In this document: positions 50,708 through 63,260 of the stretch, piece by piece
Position numbering within the stretch: position 1 is the stretch's first letter
Layout: each line of letters begins with the position of its first letter
DNA from: Hypanus sabinus
Taxonomy: Eukaryota
DNA: 64,000 nucleotides
Direction of reading: 5' to 3'
NCBI RefSeq assembly: GCF_030144855.1
Contig: NC_082714.1
Location: forward strand, 94,116,001 to 94,180,000
Translations under genes and position numbers: made by a program
The notes under the pieces: model-generated
Seen by the model: only the letters and a program-made list of their open reading frames with translations
Database searches by the model: none
Told to the model about the DNA's origin: nothing

Positions 50708-50728
50708 TTTTGCATCCAAATTAATAAA
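50708..50728 (+). promoter_or_regulatory. Degenerate octamer (TTTTGCAT) plus TTAATAAA, cluster B promoter
   Basis: One mismatch to ATTTGCAT, at the position paralogous to 33050. Confidence 0.55.
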
Positions 50729-50829
50729 CGGACCCGAAGACGCCAGTTTGTAGACTCTGAAACCAGAGCGGTTCTTGAAATTTGCAGAACAGTGCATGGT
50801 TTGGTCGGAATTTTTCGGCGCTCGCTGTC

Positions 50830-50865
50830 TGCATCTCTTGTGGGTTCTGTTGACCCATTTAGTAC
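50830..50865 (+). pseudogene. Cluster B leader remnant lacking its ATG
   Basis: About 29 nt including ATGTCCCCAGCGC are missing relative to cluster A. LHLLWVLLTHLV remains. Confidence 0.75.
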
Positions 50866-50971
50866 GTGGGAGTCAGATTAGTTCACGCACGGTTTATCAT
50901 TAAAATTGGGATTACTGCTGATTGTTATTGCCCTCCAAGTCACCCAGTGGTTTTATTGTGTTTTATTGCAG

Positions 50972-51323
50972 ATATCGACGCGGTCCCAGTGCTCAGTCAG
51001 ACGCCATGTCCGGTCGTGTTTCCGCGGGACAAACGGTCCGCTTAGAATGTCGGATACAGAACGGTAATGTTGGAAGTTACTACATAAACTGGCACCGACA
51101 GCGTCCGGGGAGAGACCGGAATAGGTGTTGGAACATTACCCAAACAATAATATATACCGAGGGACAGGGATCACAGACGGTTTCCAAACGTCCAGAGACA
51201 TCTCCAGCAACAGTCACATCCTGACCATCAGCCGTTTGGAGCCCCGGGATTCCGCTGTCTATTACTGCGAAACGTGGGAGATTGGATTGATCTTCGTTCC
51301 AGGCACTATTCTGTATATTAAGC
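50972..51323 (+). pseudogene. Germline-joined VJ of Ig light chain type I, cluster B
   Basis: Intact acceptor. Two 1-nt deletions (near 51005 and 51110) and an in-frame TAG. Ends DSAVYYCETWEIGLIFVPGTILYIK with donor C|GTAAGT. Confidence 0.93.
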
Positions 51324-52923
51324 GTAAGTGACTCCCTCATTCAGTTCCAAACATTTTCCACTACAGCCACTCTCAGTGCCCACAGATGGATTAAACCTCG
51401 TCCAAGGGAGAGTTGTCATATATCTACACTGTGGATGGTTCCACCTTTCTCAGTCTGGCACAAGAGACCGTTCAGCCCACCGAGTCAGTCCGAGCAATCA
51501 AATTAATGATCTCATGACTTGTGTTTTTTTTTCCGTTGGACAGTTTTTATCTACTTCAATCGGTGTAGCAGAATTCAATACTTTCTGACATCCCTCCTCT
51601 TTAACCCAATTGGTCCTGTGAATTGATTGATTGGTATTGGTTTATTTTTGCCACTTTTCACAAGATGCAATGAAAAATTTGTTTTGTATACTGTCCATAA
51701 AGACTACATGATGACAGTGCATTGAGTTAAACAGAGATTAATGCAGAATTAAATGTAATAGCCACACAGGAAGTGCAGTGCAGTGCAATTAAACCAATCC
51801 CTGTTGTCTACACATACCCCATATCCCTCCATTCTCATCATACTCATGTTTCCGTCTAACAGATTCTTAAACGTCCCTACCCTATCTTCCTCCTCCTCAT
51901 GCATCCATCACTTTGTTTAAAAAGTAAAAATTCACCGAACTTCTTTAATTTTTTTCTCCGCTTGCCTTAGAATTCTGCCCTGGGAAAACATCCTGACTGT
52001 CGATCCTATCGCTATCTTACATACTGTCTTGAATAATGTTCACACCTAATTCGGGGAAAAGATCGCTACCACAAGCGTGACATCTACCCATCCCTCTTCA
52101 TTCATCATCTCTGAGAACATGCTTGTCGTGAATATTCCATAATTTTTTAGGGTGCGGTAAATCCTGGACCACAGGGCAGTATGTTCACCACTTCAAGCTA
52201 ACGCAATTCGCAGTTTCTCATGAAGAACCGCGTCATTATGAGTTTCGAAAACACAGGAAAAAAACATCAGATGAAAAATAATACGCACAAGGGAAATTTG
52301 TAGGGCAGACAACAGACAGGTTGCAGAGTCGAGCGGCAACAGGCGGGTTAGTACTGGTTCGGAATGCACTCTGGTTCTGAACGAGACCTTTCGCATTTTC
52401 CCTTTTCTCACCCGTTCACAGACCAGCTCTTTTTTCCGTCATTTCTTCTTCAGCCGCAGGGTCCCGAGTCTTGGATATTCACTGAGCTTTCCCACGCGGG
52501 ACATCCCAAGGAGCCTTCGTTCTATTAACAACTGAAGATGCAATATGCTCGGTTATGGTCCTAAGAGTTCAAGGTTTGGGATCATTGGAGAACGACAAGG
52601 AACTGTTCACAATAGAGGGATCAATCATATGGGAACTGTATATGGATTTAGCGAAGAGATTGAGCGGTGTTGATGTTATCTTTTAACAGAATGCAGTGCC
52701 GAGAGCAGAGTGGATTCAAAAATATTTTTAAAAATAAATTATGTCACATTCTAGCCACAAAAGACTGCGAATAATCCCTGCAACTCTTCAATTAAAGGCT
52801 TGTACCCGAGGGCTCAACTGTGCCTGTGTCCCAATGCCTGTGTTATTTTCGTGCTGGTGTTTCTATCTTTAAACAGTCCATGAAATAATATTGCTTCTAT
52901 TCCTCTCCTGCTCTCTCACACAG

Positions 52924-53247
52924 GTAGTGAGTCCCAGGAGATCTCAGTTCTCCTGCTCCCTCCCTCTCCGGAGGAAGCCGGCTCGAGTTCGGCCGCTCTC
53001 TCCTGTCTGGTGAGTGGTTTTAAGCCGGGCTGAGTAGCGCTGCGCTGGACCGTGGATGGAGTCGAGACCAAGAGCGGGGTGACGACAAGCGCCGTGTCCC
53101 TGGACACCGACCAGACCTACAGGCTGAGCAGTTACCCGCGGGTACCCACTGCTGCCTGGAACAAGGTCTCGAGCTATTCCTGTAGCGTGAGCCACAGCTC
53201 GCTGAGCTCGCCGCTGCGCAACGCCATCTCTTGGCCGTGCACAGTGA
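52924..53247 (+). pseudogene. Ig light chain type I C exon, cluster B
   Basis: SVLLLPPSPEE...LSCLVSGFKPG then premature TGA at 53031. A 5-nt loss near the end reads through the ancestral stop. Confidence 0.93.
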
Positions 53248-54039
53248 GAGTGTGCCGGTTAGCAGCACACGCGGACTGTTTGTTCTTCTTTAATGCAGTG
53301 AAACAATGATTGGGTCTGTGCAGCAGGCCATTGAAATGTAATTGTCCAGTAATGTTCGCTTATGAAAACAATCAGAATGTTCAATAAGTCCAGGACGGTA
53401 GGCAATAATAATCCATTTTTTGCGAAGGATAATTCTGTGTAGAAATGTCCCCCAGTGTGCTGTGTCTGAACTACCGTTGTGTGGAGAGTCAGAGGCGATT
53501 TTCCACGCAGTGATTTATATATATGTAACACAACTCTAAATAAAAGAGGAACCAGCGGCTTATGTATCGTGTCTTGTCTTTACTCGGCTTCTGGCCGTAG
53601 ATTTGGGGGAATGGTAGCGGCTAACGTACCGTCGGGGAGCCTCAATCAGAATTACAGTTAAATCGACTCCGACATCTTATTGCGCTTTTAGGTCTCAAGT
53701 GTCCTGAGCGTTCTTTGTCCGTCGGCACACGCCGCCCACCACACCCTTCCTCCGCCCCCGCCATCATTGGAACCTTCTATTCCTCGTCGTCCTGCACTTC
53801 TGCTCTTCATTTCCAACCATCCCTGTGGGAAGGAGATCAACATTCTCACTGCCTTTTGGGAAGTCTTCCAACCATTGGGAGTGTGACACTGTAGGGATGT
53901 TTTCCCGTGACTGGAACATTCTCTCTATCGATTCCGTTAGTTCATGAATGACGGCTCACTTCCCGCTCTGACACCACCGTCACCACCTACCACACCCATA
54001 CCCACACTCACACATTAGCTTCTGTAACTCATGGTTATT

Positions 54040-56640
54040 TTTTTCCTTTGCACCGCTCCTCCGTGACACTCACGGACCTCTGGCACACCGCTAGAGTCAC
54101 CCACAGTGAAGACAAATGAAACGTACCCATGAAGACCACTTGCCATTTCCTTGTTCCCATTTACTACATCACTAGCATCATTTTCCAGTGGTCCAATATC
54201 AACTGTCACCTCCTTTTTACTCTTTATGTAACTGAAATATTTTTATATCCTGCTATATATTACCGGCATGTCTGTCCTCATATTTCATTCTTTCTCTTAT
54301 TGTAGGTGTTTAGTTGCCTTTTGTTGGATTTAAAAGCATTCCAATCATCCAAATTCCCACATAAATTCGCTACCTTATGTGTCCTTTCCTTGGATTTTAA
54401 GCAGTCCGTAATTTCCTTAGTCAGCCACCACTGCCGTTTGAGAACTTCGTCCTCTGTGGGACATATCTATCCCTCGACTTGTGAACTATTCCCAGAAAAT
54501 TCTGCTAACTCTGCTAATATCATCCCCGCCAGTATCGTTATTCAATCCACCACGGCAAGCTCCTCTCTCATATCTCTGAAATTCCCTTTATTCCATTGCA
54601 ATAATGTAATTCCCTTTATTCCATTGCAATACTGTTACTTCTGAGTTACTCTTCTGCCTTTCTAATTGCAGTACGATTTCAATAATATGATCACTGCTTA
54701 CTGAGTGTTCCGTGACGTAATGCTCCTTAATAGGATTTGGGTTATTATGCAACACCAACTCTAAGATGACCTTTCGGCGAGTAGGCTTAATCACAAGTTG
54801 CTTCAAAAAGCTATCTCTTCGACACCAATAAATTCCCTGTCTTGCCATACGACACCAACTTGACTTTTCCAATCTCCATGCATATTGAAGTTTCCCATTA
54901 TAATTGTTGCATTAAGCTAAATACATGTCTTCTTCAGATCTCTTTGCAATCTCAATCCCACATTTTGGCAAATATTAGGAGTCGTATGTATGATTCCCAT
55001 AATACCTATACATGATTCCTATCATGTTATTTTTTACCCTTGCAATTTCGTAACTTCACCCACAAAGATTCAACATTCCATGGCCCGATGTCAACTCTTT
55101 CTAAAGACGTAATACCATCCCTTACCAACAGAACCCAACCACCACCCAAGCGTTCATGTCTGCCCTTTCAATACAAATTATATCTCTTGATGCTAAGCTC
55201 CCAGCTCTGGCCTTCTTTCAAACACGACTCGTTGATGCCTACAAAGTTATACCAACAAATCTCTAATTGCGCCATAAGTTCGTCCACTCCGTTCCGAATG
55301 CTACGCGCATTGAAACACATCACCTTCATTCCTGCATTTTTGCCCTTTTGAGTTTTGCCTTTGTACCATTTAACACTTTGCTCTGTTTGCATTTGAACCC
55401 GATCAATGGCTTGTTATTCATTACATTTATGTTACACCCATCATCTAATTGCTGGCTCATCTTCAGCTCGACCATACTGGTTCCCACCCCCCTGCCATAT
55501 TATTTTAAACAACTTCCAACAGCTCCAAGAAATCCGTCAGAAAGAATATTGGTCCCCATCGGATTCAAATGTAATCCGTCTCTTTTGTACAGCTCTCACC
55601 TACACAGAGGAAGTCCTAATTATCCCGAAACCTGAATCCCTGCCGCCTGCTCATATTCTTCAGCCATGCATTTATCTGCAACCACCTCATTTTATTCCTA
55701 TTCTCACTGTCGCGTGGCCCAAGCAGCGATACTGAGATTACTACCTTTGAGGTCATGCTTCTCACGTTCGTTCTTAACTCATTGTATTCTGCTTTCATGA
55801 CCTTCTCCCTTTTTATTCCCATTTCAGTGGTACCAATACAAAAGCATCAAAACATAGAAAATCTTCAACACCATACAGGAATTTCGGCTTTCGATGCTGT
55901 GCGGAACATGTGCTTAGTTTAGAACTTACCTAAGGTTACCAATAGCCCTCTATTTTTCCAAGCTCTATATAGCTGTCCAGGAGTCTCTTAAAAGATCCTA
56001 TCATATCCCACTCCATCACAGTCACCAGCAGCCCATTCCATGCCCTTACCACTCTCTGTGTAAAAGAAAAACTTGCCCTGAAATATCTTTTGTTGCTAAT
56101 TTCAAGCACCTTAAGACTGTGCCGACTCGTGTTAGTCATTTCAGACCTGGGGAAAAGCCGCGGAGTATCCATACGATCAATGACTCTCCTTATCTCATAC
56201 ACCTCTAAAAAGCACCTCTTATCCTCCGGCGGTCCAAGGGCTAAAGGACTCGTTCGCTCAACTAATTCTCGTATGTCATGTTCCCCAATCTTGCCAACAT
56301 CCTAGTAAATCTCCCCTGCACCTTTTCTATAGTTTCCACATACTTTCTGTAGTGAGGTGACCAGAACTGAGCACAGTATTCCAAGTGGGGTCCGACCAGG
56401 GCCCTATAAAGCTGTAACATTACCTCAGGACTCTTAAACTCAATCCCAAGGTTGATGTATGCCTGCCTGACCACACAGTCAACCTGCGCAGCAGCTTTGA
56501 GTGTGCTATGGACTCGGCCCACACGATCCCTCTGATCCTTCACACTACCGAGAGTCTTACCATTAATACTCTATTCTGCCCTCATAATTGACCTACGAAA
56601 GTGAACCACCACACACAATCTGGGTTGAACTACATCTGCC
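54040..56640 (-). mobile_element. Patchwork of CR1 fragments at the junction between cluster B and the orphan receptor exons
   Basis: Minus strand reads VDIGPLENDASDVVNGNKEMA, MKVMCFNARSIRN and MLQLYRALVGPHLEYCAQFWSP. Confidence 0.8.
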
Positions 56641-57410
56641 TCTTATGTAATTTGATTTTTTATTGAAGAAATGGCACAATACAAAATACGCAATGCATTA
56701 CATTTTCCTCCAATTTGATTTTATATCTTACTGCTAAACAAAACTCCCCTCACACGCTATCCCCGAAAATACCTGGGCAGCTAATGAATTTACAATGCAA
56801 CACCTCCAAAATACAACTGCGGACATTTCACGTCCTTATTCTCCTGACTTTACCGGAAACCACTGACGCTCTTGCTAATCGAGAAACCATCAACCTCTGC
56901 TTTCAATGTATCAGTTTTAAACTCAGCTGGCTCTATCATGGCCAACATTCTCCTCAGTATCCATGACACCTTCAATAGCCCATGCTTCAGAAAGGGTCAT
57001 TTATCATTATAGACCCCATCACTCTGGACATGCCCTCTACGCATAGTTTCTTTCAAGATGAAACTATAAGAGTCTGAAAAGTTTTAGGATCTGCCTCTTC
57101 CCGTCCGCTATCATATATTGGAATGCATAATTAACCCATGAATACATCCTCACGATTTCACTCTCTTTTTGCACAGACAGACAACCAGACACATACATAA
57201 TCTTCTTATTGTAATTTATAGTTTTGATTATTGCACATTGTAATATATTGCGACATCAAAACAGCAAGTTTAACAACATCTTATTCTGATTCTGATAATA
57301 CGTTGGGTTCTGTGCAATCTGTTGAGTATTTAGGACACACAGGCCCACAAATGCAGACTGGAACTGATGTTAAATTACTTTCAATTGGAAGTCGTTCCTA
57401 TGTCCTTCAG

Positions 57411-57530
57411 ACAGCCTGCAGCTCCGACTCTGTCATGTGCTGTCAACTGGCCTGGTGGCGACCCTCGTGTTCATTGTTGTTGGGGCGACCACTGTGGCCA
57501 TTGGGAAGTATCGGAAGGAACGCAAGCCAA
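57411..57530 (+). pseudogene. Orphan paralog of the receptor TM exon
   Basis: DSLQLRLCHVLSTGLVATLVFIVVGATTVAIGKYRKERKP. 14 substitutions in 120 nt versus 8910-9029, no indels or stops, splice sites intact. Confidence 0.85.
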
Positions 57531-57631
57531 GTAACGTGCTGCCCTTAACCCAATCATGACCTAAACTTCTCGCCAAGCGGTGAATAATTCCTTTGAAGAA
57601 TAGCTCACTTCTAAAAATCTCTTTCAATCAA

Positions 57632-57690
57632 TAAAAGGAGAACCGGCCGGCAAAAGTACCAGCACCCGGCGAAAGGATCGAGAATGTGAT
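57632..57690 (+). pseudogene. Orphan paralog of cytoplasmic exon 5
   Basis: KGEPAGKSTSTRRKDRECD|GTAAGT. The acceptor CAG is mutated to CAA. An in-frame AAG lies 6 nt downstream. Confidence 0.7.
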
Positions 57691-60600
57691 GTAAGTAGAC
57701 TCAATTTCAGGTTAATGCTATGTCCCGGCTTTTTCAGGCACACGGGTTTCTAGAGCTAACAGAGACTGGTGCAAAAAAACATAAAAACAAGCAACATCCA
57801 GAGAGTGGCAGTGACGTGGGCGAAAACGACTTGTTAATGAGAGAGATCAGAGGAGAACGGGAAGACTGTTTCAAGCTGATAGGAAGATGAAAGTAACTTA
57901 AATTACCACGTGTTGCGACAGTGGTGTCGGAAAAGCATCTCGGAGCGAACACTGTGCAGAACTTCGAATAGAATGGGCTACAACAGCAGAACACCACACC
58001 GTGTTCCACTCCTGTATCCAATGATGCCCTTTACAAGCAGGAAATTGCTTGTAAATAATACAACAAGCGCTTAGAATGGTACAACATGGGCACTGGTCCT
58101 TTAGCCTTCGATATTCAATTCAACTAATTGAATTAGTAATCAAATACCCAACTACACTAAATACTTCTGCTTCAAGAATAGCCATGTTCTTAAATTTCCT
58201 GCACATTTTATGTACATATCGTAAAGCCTCTCTAGAACGACTCTATCGCATTTACCTCCTTCAGCATTTGTCAGTGAATTCCGGGCTCCTCCCACTCCCG
58301 GCGTTAAAAAAAGGGACCCGCAGATCTCCTGTGAACTTACCCCGGTTTACCTTAAACGCTTGCCTTGCTTCAATAATATGGAAAAGCCATACTGGCTACC
58401 TTTCCTCTCTGTGTCTCTCATAGTATGTAAATCTCTGTCAAATAGCCCCTCAGTCTCAGAGGTTCCAAGGAAAACATCCCATATTTGTTCAAGTTCAAGT
58501 TCAAGTTCAGTTTATTGTCATTCAGCCGTACACATGTATATGGCCAAACGAAGCAACGTTCCTCCGGACCAAGTTGCACCGCACAGTACATATGACTTGC
58601 ACACCACACGTTAAGTTATATAACCACTGTAACCAAATATAAATTAAGCAGTAATACGATGCATACAGCATAAGACAAAGGTAAACAGTAGAACGCTATT
58701 GGCACTTCATAGGTGCTGCGACGTTGGTGGTGGCAAGGAGCTTAGTATTCTTATGGCTTGAGGGATGAAGCTGTTTCCCAGCCTAAAAGTTCTTGTTTCA
58801 ATACTCCGGTACCGCCAGCCTGATAGTAGGGGATATGAAAGATTGTTGGAGGAACGGGAGCGATTATTGACAATCGCTAAGAATTCGTATGCAGGGCCAG
58901 ACTCACCTTATATCAGATGCTTTCCATTCCAGACAACATCCCAGAAAACTTCTTCTGCTTTTTTTTTTCCGAATCCTCAACAGCCTTCCTAAAAAGAAGC
59001 TGGTCAAAACCGAATGCAATGTTATCTGGAAATCTAACTGCGGGATCTATTAAGCTCCAACATAATTTCCCGACCTCTGGAACTGATTTCCTTGACTGAT
59101 AAAGAAATGAACGTCGTGTGCCTTATGACCACATTAACAGCTTATGTCGTCACTTACGAAAAGATACAGACTCAACTCCATATTCCCTCTGTACGTCACC
59201 CGTGTTAAGGGTCCAGTCATTAATAGTGTTCCATCCGTTTATAATGCAGCATGTCTCACTTAGTGGGATTAAACTGCTCTGTCATTCGTCCGTATCTGCA
59301 ACTGATCTGTATCCTTTCGTCGCCTTCTACACTATCCACAACTTTGGTAACATCTACAAACTTAATAACCCACCCATTTACGTTTTCATCCAGGTCATTT
59401 ATATATCACATATATATCACGTATGGCACAGATCCCTGCGGGATACCCCCCTCCAGCGAGAATATATACCTTCAACCGTTACCCGCTGTCATCTATGGGC
59501 AAGCGTGTTCTCAGTCCAAACGACCAATTCGCCATAGAACCCATGCATCTTAATTTCCGATTGAGCCTCCTGTATGAAACCTTGTCAAATGCCTTACTAT
59601 ATCCATGTAGACAACATCCATAGCTCTGCCTACAACAAATCACTATCGTCATTTCGTCAAAAGTCTTAATCAGGTTCGGAAGATACGAAGTCCCCCGCGC
59701 AAAGACAGGTTTTCCAAACGGTCATGAATCCGATCGTTAAGGATTATTTCCAGTAACTTCCCTACCACTGATGCGAGACTTACCGGTCTATAATTCTCAA
59801 TATTATCCCAATTTCCTTTCAATAATAATGGAAAATCAGCGAATTCCACGTTCTCCGAGACCTCGCCTATGGCTATAGAGGACACTGAGATGCAGGTCAA
59901 GCCTCCAGCAATCTAATCTCTTGCCCCTCTTAATAACCCGGCGTATATCCTTTAAAGACACCCACTTAATGTTCCTTAAGAGGCACAGTAATACCTCATT
60001 CTTTATTTCATAGCTCTGAAGGAAATTCGTACCCTCCACACTGATCGGGCCACATTCCACATCTTTCTTCTTGATGTTAAACACCGAAACACATCCTTCA
60101 CATCCATGCACATGTTCCTTCATTTGTCATTCCATGTCCTACCCGCTCCTAGTTGTCGTGTTGCTCTTGTTGTATGTATAGAACCCCCCGGGATTCTCTC
60201 TAATCCAACTTTCCAAAGACTTTTAATTGTCTTTTCTGACCTTCCTCACCGCTTCGAGTTTAGTTTCTCGCTTCTCTATAGTTCTTGTGGACTCTGATCG
60301 ATTTATTAGCTTTGAAAACTTTTTTTTTTTGTAAGCAAAGGATTCCCTTTCCTTTTGGACCAATATTGCTGCCTGACTCGATACTTGCGACCAACCAGCT
60401 GCTCACAGTTTACGCACCCTCGTTTCTTTCTAATATCCTGCAAATTTACCCAGCTCGAATTTAATGATATTTATAATAACTGTTCTCCCAGTGAAAAATT
60501 AGTCACTAGGCCAGGCTCATTATCAGACGCCAGTTTAATTTTGCCCCATCCTCTTTCTGGAACATTTGAAAATTGATATAGAAACAACTTAGTATTCACC

Positions 60601-61652
60601 AAACAAATCTTGCACTGTATAAATCTCTTGTTTTAAGGAGAGTCCACTTGATCATAAGGAAAGTTTATGTTACCCGCAACAATCCTGTTGTTTTTGGACC
60701 TTGGTGTAGGATTCAATGTCTAAAAACAAATTACAAATACGACAATAGACAGAATTTAACACCAAACCAGACATGTTCATGTGACTTGTAGCTGGACACA
60801 CCCGGTCGGCGGCAGGACTTCAAAGGAGGAGCGGTCGGGTTTCCAGACCCGCAGCAGTGAACGAAGACACTGTTGGCGTTACTCCTCAACATCGGAGTGC
60901 AGAGATCTTGGGAAGTCGTGGAGTTGCGGAAGAAGAGAAAGAATACAACAGGAAATGGAATTGGACAGGGAATTTGAGGAGTTTTCAGTTGCAGGAAAAC
61001 AGCTGAAAAAGAGGATTACAGATCGACGAGGAGATAAAGGTTGGAGTGGGCTGCATTGATAAAGCGGTTTAGGATTTGGACGAATTACACAGATAGCGAA
61101 AAGTTTAGAAGGATTACACAGTTAGAGTGTTTAGAGCTGGAGGGGTCACACAGAGGGGTATACGGGTTGGTGCGGTTACGGAAGTAAAGTGCTAAGCAGT
61201 TGCCTAAACAGTTACACAGCGAGCAGTACAGAGACTGAAGGGAGTTGCATAGACAGGGAAGGGCATTGGTGATGGTGGCGTTAGATGGGGAGGGATATAA
61301 AGATGATGTAAGACCGAAAGATCCTGTACTTAAGGGACATTAAGACGTCCATGGGCTGTAGAATATTTGGGATATATTAGGTCCAGAACTGGACAAGTTT
61401 ACAAAGAACAGGGACTGAAAAATCATATCGAAATCCGATGGATATCACACCGGCAAGTTTAGCGACCGAACAATTTTGTTGTTGGCTTTAATCAGGAAAA
61501 TTAAAGGTGAATGACATTCTTTGCTCCATAATATAACATCCCATTGAACTGGAATTAACGCGTGATTAAATTGCCCGATAAACGTAACCTGTCGGGGAAT
61601 GGTGCAGGGTGGGGGGTGTTACGGTAACCAATCACTTGTTCTTTCCTTACAG

Positions 61653-61685
61653 ATCTACGCCCAGCTGGCGATTGGTACTAACTGA
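61653..61685 (+). pseudogene. Orphan paralog of the terminal exon (IYAQLAIGTN*)
   Basis: Acceptor ctttccttacag is intact. AATAAA at 62106. Confidence 0.7.
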
Positions 61686-62990
61686 TCTGGAAAGGGAGAG
61701 TGAATGTTATCCTCCGTGAACAACGACAGATTTAGACCTTGTTTCGTATGTGCGGAGCAAGAACAGCAACGGAGTAGTATGATTAAATGTCTTTAAAGAG
61801 TGGTGTTAGTAACGGCACAAACTGACCAATTTACAGTGCGGGAAGACAAACCGGAACCGCCGAGACGAAAACGTGCACACTCGAAAGAAAGCTCGCGATC
61901 AGGAGGCCCAATTGATTCACGGCGACATCGATCGGCCGCATGAGCACTTGTCATATTCCCGTTTCTGTCCACCCAAAGCCTCACTGAGAGCTCTCTCAGT
62001 CTCAGACCAACCGGAAATAATGAACATCAGTTAATTTGTAGTCCCATCCCTGATTATGTGCAGCTTGCTAGAATTAAAACTAACACTTTTCCTAACTACT
62101 GCTTCAATAAATTATAATTTTGCAACGAATGCTGAATTTTTCTTGATCATCTAAACGCCCAATTGGTGGCGTGCCTGCCAATTGTTCAAAGATTGATTGC
62201 GCAATCACCACTGTAGCCATGGATCCCGAATACTCACTCCAGATTATGAGACGTTCCCAGTGATGGTTCAGGATGAGATTCATACTGACAGGAGGTGAAG
62301 AAGATTATCGAGTTAAATGCGTGGCTCAAGGATTGGTGTGGGAAAAGTACGTTTGAATTCGTGGGAAGTTGGGGAAGAAGGGATCTGTACCAATGGGACA
62401 GACTACACTGAACCGTGATGGGATCTGGATCCTAGCGAATCGCATAACTAGGGATATGGGCGGGGATTTAAACTAAATAGTAAGGCGTGTGTCCAACAGA
62501 TTGGAGAATTAAAAGAGAAAAGTGAGGATAAAGATAAAAAAGCAAAAAAATAAAATACAAAAAAGGAAAAAGTAAGTTTGGTGTGAAGGAAACAGAAGTA
62601 CAAAAGAGTAAATGATTGCAAGATTTTAAAAGTACCATGAGTGTAAAGGCAGTTGACTTGAATGCCCACAGTATTCATAACAAGATTAGTAACCTTGTGG
62701 CACAGATCAGTACAAAGCGGTATGATTTAATGGCAATTACAGACACGTGGTTGCAAGGTGCGGAGGATTGGGAATTAAATATCCAAGGATATCAGGCAAC
62801 ACGGAAGGATAGGCAGCAAGGTAAGTGCTCTTAATTAAAGATGAGATCAGGGCGATAGTGAAAGATGATATAAGATCTAAGGAGTAGAATGCTGAAATCA
62901 TCCAGGTAGAGATTGAGAATAGTAAAGGGAAAACTCATCACTCACAGGAGGAAGTTATCTATTGCCCACCGAAATATAACATCACGGTGG

Positions 62991-63260
62991 CAAATGTGTA
63001 CAGTACCAGTTGGAGCTCAATACACCGATCTCGACGTCCGGCTCCCTCTAATCACAATCTTCCCAACGGGTGTGTCCGACAACCGGTTCTAAGCATCTAC
63101 TCTCTTCATCCCACGCAGAACGACAGACCGATGTCACATTCCAAAGCATCCTTTATCTCCAACTATAACCCAAACACTGCTTCTAAAGAAAGACCATTGG
63201 GTCAGCAGTGAAACTTTTCGAACTTGAGAACCAATGGTCATTCCACTCCCATGATTATTC
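62991..63260 (+). pseudogene. Possible decayed Ig C1-domain relic
   Basis: Across frames: YTDLDVR, NHNLPNG, TDVTFQSILYLQL*, DHWVSSETF. These follow C1 strand order, but the second Cys is not seen. Confidence 0.3.

Larger units (their letters stand above)
56834..62991 (+). repeat. Segmental duplication copy 2 (paralog of 8311-13872)
   Basis: Collinear similarity. Starts inside the equivalent of intron 3, so leader, VJ and C1 exons are absent. Confidence 0.9.

Noticed and set aside
53240-53250. Splice from the end of C (cluster B) to the orphan TM exon via ACA|GTGAGA
   Set aside because: The donor is phase 0 and the TM exon is phase 1, and there is an upstream TGA at 53031.
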